DNA of 64,000 bases from Felis catus. Its lineage: Eukaryota. The stretch lies in NCBI RefSeq assembly GCF_018350175.1, contig NC_058368.1, forward strand, positions 162,876,001-162,940,000. The letters are read 5' to 3'. The notes beneath the pieces were generated by a model. The model ran no database searches, had not been told where the DNA came from, and was given only the letters and a program-made list of their open reading frames with translations. A program made the position numbers and the translations under genes. Shown here in pieces: positions 51,529 through 61,462 of the stretch; the first letter of the stretch is position 1; each line of letters opens with the position of its first letter.

Positions 51529-53479
51529 AATACACAATGAGGAAAACACAGTCTCTTCAATAAATGGTGATGGGAAAACTGGACATGACAGGTAAAAAAA
51601 TAAAAATATGGACCACTCTCTTACACTATATAAAAATAAACTCAAAATGGATTAAGGACCTAAATATGAGACCTGAAACTATAAAAATCCTAGACCTATC
51701 CCTTTGTAACAACTACTACTAAGATTCATCCTGGTTAGAGGATTTCTCCTGATTTCAGACAACAGTTATAAAGGTGTACAATTATAATGACAATTTTAAC
51801 AAATGCAGGAAAGCATCTGACAAAGTACAAAATTCATTCATGATAAAAACTTTCAACAAAGTAGGTTTAGAGGGAAAGGAGGGAAATATGCAACCACTAT
51901 AGACGAAAACCAGTGAATCATTAGAAGCTGATCTGATTTGCTTTGTTGATGAGACAGTAGAGTTCACAATTGCTTGTTAATGTGAATTGGCCAGAGCTGG
52001 GCTGTCTGAAGGCCCAGTTCCTCCTGCAGTCTCTTCTGTCAACCTTGGACCCAGTCTAAGACAAAAGTAAAACATCTAACAGTTGTTTTGCTTTAGGGTT
52101 GTGACCATCTCTGGAAGATTTCCCTAAGAAAGACATTTTCCTATGTAAAACCATAAATAAGACATTGAATGGAATTTGGACTCTTAAAATGCCTCAGAAA
52201 AGGAGGTAAAATGATCTTGTGAGTGAGGCTCTGGACAACTTGAATGTACTTTTGGTGTAACTTCAATATACTAATGCTATGGCTTCAATTCCAAAATGTA
52301 TAATTGGTAATTATATTTTACAAGCTTGTATTATTTTGCTCCTAAACTCCAAAAGTAAAAGTGAAACACATAAATTTTTACCCAAACCTGTGTGTCTGTC
52401 TCCTCTTGTATGGTCTAATGGAAACAACATAGAATCCCAGGAGGAGAAAGGGAAATCTCAGCTTTGATTACGGATTTAAAGGAAGCAGGGGTAGTAAGAG
52501 AATAGAATTTGAGCAATAACTCAATTCACCAGACCTTATGTCCAGTGAAAACATAGTCCCTTATTAGGGAATTGAGATTTATAGCAGATTAACCACCAGT
52601 TAAATTCATTTGTTGCTCCTATACCTCTTGAAGTTCCAAACATCTGAGGTAACTAAATTTATGGCATACACAAATGGTACTTGAGATGCTATCTTGGACG
52701 TTGCCAAAACCTTCTTTTTTATCCCATTAGGAACCAAAGACAAAAACCAATTCTCATTCATGCTGCAAGGCCATAACTATACATTTTCAGTACACCCTAA
52801 ACTCCCCTGATATTTACTACAATGGGGTACATAAGGATTTATTGTGAGTACCATTATCATCTGATGCCAAAAGCTTTCAATGATAGATAAATGTTCAGTA
52901 GGATGGAGAGTCAGAAGTCTCAGACTCAAAAGCTCTGACTTTGGTGTTATCACACCTTCATCAGCAAAGATGACTGATAAAGCCCAACAAAATCCAGAAG
53001 AATGCTTATCAAGTTTCGGGGGAACTATGTAGACAGATTCACAATGCTCAATCTCTCTGGCAATTAAAGACAAATTGTTGTTCTCCTTCCCCCTGACCAA
53101 AAGGAATTATAGCATAGCTTTGGACTCTGAGTATTAGAGACGGTAGGTAACTCATGTGGATATTCTACTTTAGTGGTCTTTTCTATCAGCTAACCTACAG
53201 TGAGTGTAATCCCGACCTACTTTTGAAGCTAATCAAGAAGCTATGGCATACTTCTTCCTGCTTTGAGGTACCACAAACCAAATGACCCACTGGAGATGGA
53301 AATCTATAGAGATTTTGTGTACTGGAGCCTCTGGAAGAGGGAGCCAGCCTCCATTCAGGAAAATCCCTTGGGGTTTGGATTCACTGACTCCCTGAAATAG
53401 GTAGGTAGGAAAAACAACTCTTAGCTTACTACTGGCTTCTTGTCAAAACTGCAGCCCTGACCCATGCAGTCATTGTGAT

Positions 53480-54150
53480 TCTGTGGACTTATATTTCATT
53501 CTGGGATTCACCAATCAGATTCACAACTATTTGAGAGAACTTCCTTGTCAAGTGAAAATGGTATATTCAAGCCATAGGGATATTCGTAAGAAATCTTGAA
53601 GTGCTTAAAGAAATACCACCAGTAGATCAAATAGCCCTCAGAAGACTGTGGAAATCTGACAGGAGCCTCCAGGAGGGATTACTGACACATTATTTATATG
53701 CACCTGAGGGCAGTTATCAGTATAAGAGTAATCCAATCAGAAAAGGTGGTACAAAATTTGTTCCTGACTTTAGTTGAAATAATCAGTGACACCACAGCCT
53801 TGGAAAACATTCTGATCAGCATCAGCCACTGATCAATACTAATTTGGATGACAGAATTGCCCAAAGCTTCATCTTTTTAGCCCAAGGTAGAACATACACT
53901 ATTGTTAATACTTTCTGTTTTACTGGATTAATAATTCAGGCTAATTAAAAAGGTAAATACAGAAACTTAAGGAGAAATCCATCTTGTTTTCTAAGGTAGA
54001 CCATGAGGGCCAAGGAATTTATTTAGCTGGTTGGGGCCAAGATCTTGCCAGCATGGTTGAGGCCAGTATTGCATGTGGCCTTATCCTTTGTTTGGACTTT
54101 TGTTGATATTATCCTTATGTAAACACTGTAGGAAACTGAATAAATTTAGT
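53480..54150 (+). pseudogene. Decayed endogenous retrovirus env (end of SU plus TM subunit); the ERV internal sequence may extend back to about 51.7 kb
   Basis: Frameshifted translation: GLIFHSG; PGGITDTLFICT/LRAVISIRVIQSEKVVQNLFLTLVEIISDTTALENILISI; LDDRIAQSFIFLAQGRTYTIVNTFCF/YWINNSG; IQKLKEKSILFSKVD; NLFSWLGP; AWLRPVL; FGLLLILSLCKHC. Confidence 0.75.
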
Positions 54151-55514
54151 CCCAATCTCTTGATTAGATTTATCAGAACAGCAAACAATATGGCAGATTC
54201 ATGGAAAAATATTGTCATTATGGCCCTTAAAACAGCTATGTTTTGGGATTTTGGCCTATGTGCAGTCTGACAATGGTGTTTCCTGTTTCATAAAATCTAC
54301 TCCATAACAGGCTGATAGTCAAAATTTGTGCATATTTTAACATTTGTTTTTATTTGGCCCACATGTTTTATGTTCCTCATTTCCTTCCTTTCTTGTTTTT
54401 TTTTTAATTTTAATCAAAATTTCCAAATTAATATTTTTTTAATTTTTTTATTTATTTTTAATTTATTTATTTATTTATTTTTTTTACTGTTACTGGTTGC
54501 CCTAAAAGTATTTGCATGTATCCTTGGCTTTTTACAGCATAAAATATATGACAATATTCAGGACTTTCCCATTAATGCCAGAATCTTAAAACATTTAATA
54601 CCAATTGCAACCTCTTTTAGAGAGCCAATTCTTAATATCTAGTAACTGAAGATGTACACAATAGCAAATCCCTTTTAATGTCTAAACCTAGATCAACTTT
54701 TACAGATCTGCACAAGTAGACACATACAGCCTATTCACTATGGCATTGTTTGGAAGAGTGAAAAGTTAGAGGTAACTCCATGTCCATTAATATGATAATG
54801 GATAAATAAACAGTGGTGTATTCATAAAATAGAATTCCACAGCATTAAATAGACAACAACATGAATGGGGTAGATGTAATTGGAAATGAAAGTGGGAGAA
54901 GAATATATGCAAGAAAATGTATGAATTTTAGAAATAGATTGTCCACAGATAGGCTTATAAGCAGTAAAAATATACAAACTTGTTTGGGAACATTGCACTC
55001 TAACTTTAGAATAGTGGCTATCTATAAGGAGTAAGGAAGAGAAGTGAGAGAGGGAACAGTATAGAAGTAGAAAACAAGATGAAGCCAAGAAGGTACGTAC
55101 CAAGACATATAATAATTAAAATGTCAAAAATTAAAAACAAAAAGAATCCTAAAAGCAGCAAGAAAAAGCAACTAGTTACATATAAAGGGTAAGGGAAACC
55201 CTACAAGGCTACCTGCTGATTTTTCAGCAGAAAATTACAGACCAGAAGAGAGTAGCATAAATATGCAAAGTGCTGAAAGAAAACAAAAACAAAAACCAAA
55301 ACCAAAATAACTTCAACCAAGAATACTTTACCCAGAAAATTTATCATCCAGATATAGTGGAAAGAAAAAGAATTTCCCAAACGAAAGTTAAGAATTCATC
55401 ACCACTAAACTAGCCTTGTAAGAAATGTTAAAAGGATTTCTTTAAGTGGAAAATAAAAAGGCAGAACTGGAAGGAATTATAAAAGGAAAAAAAATTCACT
55501 GGTAAAAACAAATC

Positions 55515-55740
55515 TTTTTTTTTTTAATTTTCTTAATGTTTTATTACTTATTTTTGAGAGCAAGAGAAACAGAACATGAGTGGGGGAGGGACAGAGAGAG
55601 AGGAAGACACAGAATCCAAAGCAGGTTCTAGGCTCTGAGCTGTTGGCACAGAGCCTGACACAGGGCTTGAACCCACAAACTGTGAGATCATGACCTGAGC
55701 CAAAGTCAGATGCTCAACTGACTGAGCCAACCAGGTGCCC
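55515..55740 (-). mobile_element. CanSINE
   Basis: Poly-T, GA tract and reverse head. Confidence 0.93.
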
Positions 55741-56129
55741 ACAAGCAAATGTATAATAAAACTACAGATCAATCACCTATAAATCTAGTATGAAGGGTAA
55801 AGACAAAAATAGTAAAATTAATTACATCTAAAAAATTAGTTAAGGGATTCATAAAATTTAAAAATGCAAAAGCATATATATAGAACATGGAAGGTAGAGA
55901 GTAAAAATATTGTGTTTTTAGAATGTGCTCAAATTAAAGCAACCATCAACCTAATACAGACTGTCGTATACTTAGGATGTTATATATAAACCTAATGGTA
56001 ACCACAAACCAAAAAACTATAATGACATATAAAAAAATAAAGTGAAAGTAATCCAATCATAACACTAAAAAAGTCATCAATTACAGGAAGAAAGGAACAG
56101 AGAAGAACTATAAAAATAAACAGAAAACT

Positions 56130-56347
56130 GGGGCGCCTGGGTGGCGCAGTCGGTTAAGCGTCCGACTTCAGCCAGGTCACGATCTCACGGTCCGTGAGTT
56201 CGAGCCCCGCGTCAGGCTCTGGGCTGATGGCTCATAGCCTGGAGCCTGTTTCCGATTCTGTGTCTCCCTCTCTCTCTGCCCCTCCCCCGTTCATGCTCTG
56301 TCTCTCTCTGTCCCAAAAATAAATAAACGTTGAAAAAAAAATTTAAA
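56130..56347 (+). mobile_element. Young feline CanSINE
   Basis: Perfect 17-bp TSD AAAAATAAACAGAAAAC at 56112 and 56348. Confidence 0.97.
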
Positions 56348-56414
56348 AAAAATAAACAGAAAACAATAAACAAAATGGCAATAATTTTTATAGGTAATTA
56401 CCTATCAATAATTA

Positions 56415-56644
56415 TTTTTTTAATTTTTAAAATATTGTTTTAATATTTATTTATTTTTGAGGGACAGAGAGACAGAGCATGAGCAGGAGAGGGGCAGAGA
56501 GAGAGGGAGACACAGAACCTAAAGCAGGCTCCAGGCTCTGAGCTGTCAGCACACAGCCTGACATGGGGCTCGAACCTACAAGTTGTGAGGTCATGGCCTG
56601 AGCTAAAGTTGGATGCTTAATCAACTGAGCCACCCGGATGCCCC
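56415..56644 (-). mobile_element. CanSINE
   Basis: Perfect TSD ACCTATCAATAATTA at 56400 and 56645. Confidence 0.96.
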
Positions 56645-57453
56645 ACCTATCAATAATTACTTTAAATGTAAATAGTCTAAATGTTCCCATCAAAAGACAC
56701 AGTGTGACTGAATCTATCAAGAAAACACTTATATGTTGCCTACAAGAGACACATTTCAGACACACGAAAAGATGTTCAACACCACTCATCATCAGGGAAA
56801 TGCAAATCAAAACCACAATCAGATATCAATCCACACCTGTCATAATGGCTAGAATAAAAAACACAAGAAATAACAAGTGTTGGCAAAGATGTGGAAGAAA
56901 AATGAACCTGTGTATGCTGTTGATGGGAATGAAAACTGGTGCAGCAAATGTGGAAGACAGTATTTTTTGAGGTCTTCAAAAAATTAAAATTAGCATTAGT
57001 TTATGATCAGGTAATTCCACTGCTGGCTATTTATCCAAAGAATACAGAAACACTGATTCAAAAGGATATATGCCTCCCTATGTTTATTCCAGAATTATTT
57101 ACAAAACCAAATTATAGAAGCAGCCCCTATGGGTAAAGAAGATGTGATAGAATGTGAAATATGATGGAATATTACTCAGCCATAAAAAAGAACGAAATCT
57201 TGCTGCTCACAACAGTATGGATGGAACTTGAGGGTATAATGCTAAGTGAAGCAAGTCAGTCAGAGAAAACAGATACCATAAGATCTAACTCATATGTGGA
57301 ATTTAAGAAACAAAACAAATGAACAAAGTACAAAAGGGACAAAAAAAAAAAAAAAAAAAACCCGGACTTTAAATACAGATACCAAGCTGGGGGTTGCCAG
57401 AGGTTGGGAGAGGAACATAGTGAAATAAAGGGGGATTAAGAGTATACTACTGT

Positions 57454-57918
57454 GGGGCGCCTGAGTGGCTCAGTTAGTTGAGCGTCCAACTTCGGCTCAG
57501 GTCATGATCTCGCAGCCAGTGAGTTCAAGCCCCTCATCGGGCTCTGTGCTGACAGCTCAGAGCCTGGAGCCTGTTTCAGATTCTGTGTCTTCCTCTCTCT
57601 CTGACCCTCCCCCGTTCATACTTTGTCTCTATCTCTGTCTCAAAAATAAATAAACGTTAGGGGCGCCTGGGTGGCGCAGTCGGTTGAGCGTCCGACTTCA
57701 GCCAGGTCACGATCTCATGGTCCGTGAGTTCGAGCCCCGCATCAGGCTCTGGGCTGATGGCTCGGAGCCTGGAGCCTGTTTCCTATTCTGTGTCTCCCTC
57801 TCTCTCTGCCCCTCCCCCGTTCATGCTCTGTCTCTCTCTGTCCCAAAAATAAATAAACGTTGAAAAAAAAATTTAAAAAATAAATAAATAAATAAACGTT
57901 AAAAAAAATTAAAAAAAA
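57454..57918 (+). mobile_element. CanSINE (outer) whose tail is interrupted by a second SINE
   Basis: TSD AAGAGTATACTA(C/T)TGTG at 57438 and 57919. Confidence 0.95.
57660..57886 (+). mobile_element. Young feline CanSINE (inner, nested)
   Basis: TSD AATAAATAAACGTTA at 57645 and 57887. Confidence 0.95.
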
Positions 57919-58108
57919 AAGAGTATACTATTGTGATGAGCACTGAGTAATACATAAAATCACTGAAAAGAAAAATAAGATAAAATAAAATAAAACGAGT
58001 AAATGCTATTACTCCTGCTTTATGTTTATTTGAAATATTTCCTAAATGCATATAAGAAAACTTTATATAAAAACTTCAAAATGAATACAATGAGCTGAAA
58101 AGGTCTAC

Positions 58109-58253
58109 CTGCGATTTTAGTTGCTGTGGTGTGTGTTAATACAAACTGATTTTCTATATATATAGGCAAAAATTCAGAAGCTCCAATAAGAACTAAAGAT
58201 TCTGAAGCTTTGGTCAGAGCTAGGCATATAAATACTGGATCCTTCATCAGAAC
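58109..58253 (-). CDS. SLCO6A1: SLCO6A1 coding exon, 145 bp (probably exon 7 in human numbering): VLMKDPVFICLALTKASESLVLIGASEFLPIYIENQFVLTHTTATKIA(G)
   Basis: Minus-strand acceptor TATTTCAG|GTT, donor GCAG|GTAGAC; starts in phase 0, ends in phase 1; overlaps ORF 58026..58247. Confidence 0.92.
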
Positions 58254-58377
58254 CTGAAATAGAAATAAGTCATATTCAAATTATTTTATGTTGTTAGGTA
58301 AAGAAAAAAGATTTATTCACTCATATGTTAATGACCAATCAACAAAATTTTACCTTTCACAATCTAAACTGGAAATG

Positions 58378-58474
58378 CATTATTATATGTATAATATATA
58401 TACGTATATAATATACATGTATATATATTATATATATATTGCATATATATATAAAATGTGCATATATATATATA
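58378..58474. repeat. TA-rich low-complexity tract
   Basis: Directly visible. Confidence 0.9.
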
Positions 58475-59439
58475 ATTTGCAATTCACCAATATACAAATA
58501 CTGTTAAAGACTTGTAGTGTTTAAACCATTTTTATTTGTAATTCTACCTCTATAATTTTTATTTGTAGGTCTGGCCGTTTGCTAGGAAACTTAAGGGAAA
58601 CTAGATGCCATTAACCAGGTGTCTAGAATGCCCCTTTACTTTTATCTACTTTTTTTTCTTAACAATTTTTTTTACTTAACTAAAAAATGAAACAAAGATA
58701 ATTTAAGCAACACTCGAGGAAAATCACTAGTATTACATACAGTTAAGATTCTATAATATTTTACTCCCAGGAATTCCATACAGAGTAAAGTCATTTAAAT
58801 TCTGCATTTTAGTCAATTTTTTGGAACTTACTGAGAAACCTGACAAAGACATGGTTTGCTATTACCATGTCATACCATATAGTCATGGTTTACCATTACC
58901 TATCATACTACTACACTATACATAGTAATTAACATGACAATAATTAACATTAAAATATTAATTTTCAAACAGATTTCTGTATTTCCTATATATGTACATA
59001 TCTTTGAAATTTTCAGTGGTGTTTTATTTGTATATTCTTAAAATAACTTAGATTTTTTTCTAGTCCTAAACACCACTTTTTTAATCTAAACATATTCTGT
59101 ATATTAATTTAACTCATCTTCTGAGTGCTGTCTAACTTTACAAAGTGTGATTCCACCATACTCGTCCACTCCCACAGCATTAAATGCTTAGGCTCAGTTC
59201 CACTCCCACTGTCACAAACAAGGCTACATTAAACATCCCTGTGCATGCACCATCAAGGACTAGGGTAGAACGCCTTTGGAAATACATATTCTAGAACAGG
59301 ATTGCTAGGGCATTGACATTTAGTACACTTTATTCCATCATTTCTCTAGAATTTTTTTCCCAAAACAATCCCACCATAATGTAAGAGAGTTCTATTTTCT
59401 TCATGTAGCAACTTATACTTTTTATAAAATCCATTAGAG

Positions 59440-60124
59440 CAATATTTTCAGTTCCACATTCCCTTCCAGAATTTTGCCATTCTCTCATCAGGAGGCAATG
59501 ACCTTGGAAAAGTCCTTTATGACTGTCTCAACAAAGCATGTGATGCAGCATGACTTCTGATGTTGGGTCATAAAATGACAATCTGACTTCTGCTATGTAC
59601 TCCCACTCTCTTAGGACTCTGGCCTTGGAACTCTTTCACCATATTATAAGAAAGCCCAGATCAGATGGAGAGGCCATCTGTGGGTATTTCAGCAAACAAC
59701 CAGTATCAAAAGCTAATATTTGAGTAAATAAGCCTCCAGACAATTTTATTTTCCAGACTTTAGCTGACAAGTCGATCTGAAAGGGATAAGCCATAGAGTA
59801 CCTTAGTGGCTCAGTGGGTTAAGTGGCTGACTTAGGCTCAGGTCATGATCTCATAGGTTGTGAGTTCCAGCCCTGCATCAGGATCTGTGATGGCAGCTCA
59901 GACCCTGGATGCTGTTTCCTATTTTGTGTCTCCCTCTCTCTCTGCTCCTCCCCTGCTCACACTCTGTCTCTCTCTCTCTCTCTCAAAAATAAACATTAAA
60001 AAAAGTATATTTGAAAGGAGCAAGCCCTGACAAAACTGCTGATTAATGAGCAAAATCATGTTTTATTATTTTAAGCCACTAAGTTTTGGGGCGGTTTGTC
60101 ATGTAGCGGTAGATAACTGGTACA
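59440..60124 (+). mobile_element. MaLR solo LTR (MLT1G/H-like) within an old antisense L1, interrupted by a SINE
   Basis: TGACTTCTGATGTTGGGTCATAAAA; end TTTTAAGCCACTAAGTTTTGGGGCGGTTTGTCATGTAGCGGTAGATAACTGGTACA. Confidence 0.8.
59796..60004 (+). mobile_element. CanSINE
   Basis: GTGGCTCAGTGGGTTAAG...GGCTCAGGTCATGATCTC, CT tract and A-tail. Confidence 0.92.
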
Positions 60125-61268
60125 CCCCACATAATCACAAACACTTGATATTATTAGCTGGCTTTTAAAATTTAGCCATGCTGATGGATGTGAAGCAGTG
60201 CCACAATATGCTTCCTTAAATTCAAATCCAATTGAGCATTTCTTCATGTAATTCATAGCTATTTAGGATTTGTTACTGTGTGCAAACTGACTATTCATAT
60301 TTTTATTAGGCTTTCTGAAATTCCTACGCAGATTTTCCAATAATTTCTTGTTTATTCTAAATACCAATCTCTTGTTGGGTTGAAAGAGCTGTCACTCATC
60401 TTTTACCATTGTCTACGGTTTCCTTCACAGAACCAAAATCTTTGATCCACAAATTTTTACTTCATATTTTACAATGCTGCAAACTTGTTTAACCTTTCCT
60501 ACCTCTATGTCACAAGATATGTCTTTCATGGTTTAGCATTAACTGTGTTGTTTTTTTTCTAATCACATTTTATTAACCTAGAAATCACCTTTGTGTATGA
60601 TATGAAATAGAAATCCAACTTCATTTCACCATACAGAGAACCAAACTTGTCATCACATCTACTGAACAACTATCCCTGCAGTGCCTATTCTATCACGTGG
60701 CAAGTTCTTACATATATTAGTCTGTTATTGAGTTCTATCTTCCATTCCACTGGACTATACCATGGTTTTATATGAAATGGCAGTATGTATTAGATAAAAC
60801 AGGCAGAATAAGGAACAGAAAACCTAGCTTTTACCTTGGCTCTGCAATTGATTTTTGGAACAATAATCAGCAAATAGCAGTCTCTACGTATCTTATTTTT
60901 AGGCGGTATTTTATAATACACAAGAGTACACAAGAGTAATGGCATTAGAGTCAGGCATGTGAGAGGTTTTTATATTCTTTTTTTGAGAGGTTTTTATATT
61001 TTTAACTTCAATTCGGCCAACCCTATGTGTCTTTTGTCTGTGTGTATGTGTATCCAAAGATATACATGTCTTTGGAGAAATTACTCATTCTCTTTAAATT
61101 ACTGGTTCATCATCTATAAGATAGAAATGATAATATCTATAACTTCAAGTGATCCAGAGAATTGAATATATGTAATAATTTAATTTCTGCCATATAGAAG
61201 GTACCCAGGAAAGAATACAAATCATTTTCATAAGTTATAAAATAAGAAGGTCACACTAGATTATTAGA

Positions 61269-61391
61269 TTTGTTGTTGCAAACTATGGTGGGCTTTAAGT
61301 CATTTGGAGGGTATAAAACACAGATTGCCAGATCCTACTTTCAGTAGGTCTGGAGTAACCTAAGAATTTGCATTTTTAACAAATTCTCAGG

Positions 61392-61422
<31 letters not shown>

Positions 61423-61462
61423 GGTGGTGGTGGTGGTCTAGGCCCCACACTAAGAACCACTG
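61269..61462. mobile_element. MER5A-like hAT DNA transposon with internal (GAT)n(GGT)n expansion
   Basis: TCAGTAGGTCTGG...AAGAATTTGCATTTTTAACAAATTCTCAGGTGATG...CCACACTAAGAACCACTG. Confidence 0.8.

Larger units (their letters stand above)
43375..51694 (+). mobile_element. Carnivore L1 (part of 5'UTR, ORF1 from 43877, ORF2 from 45044), inactivated, 3'-truncated; host to a younger L1
   Basis: ORF1 MRRQSNMSQMKEQD and coiled-coil peptide 44081-44308; ORF2 MAINTYLSIITLNVNGLNAP; resumes at 49093 in the EN domain and runs through RT; many stops and frameshifts. Confidence 0.92.
55076..57990 (+). mobile_element. Carnivore L1 (ORF1 C-terminus to 3'UTR) with most of ORF2 deleted and five SINE insertions
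   Basis: ORF1 motifs AAGAATCCTAAAAGCAGCAAGA and GCTGATTTTTCAGCAGAAA; ORF 56638-56970 joins the EN start to the C-terminal domain; 3'UTR GTGATGAGCACTGAGT. Confidence 0.9.

Noticed and set aside
53480..54150. Env remnant as a domesticated syncytin-like gene
   Set aside because: Multiple stops and frameshifts and a degraded CX6CC motif; no long ORF.
2212..57653. Recurrent ORFs with GAWVAQSV...TSAQVMIS...GSVLTAQSLEP
   Set aside because: Translations of CanSINE copies, not a gene family.
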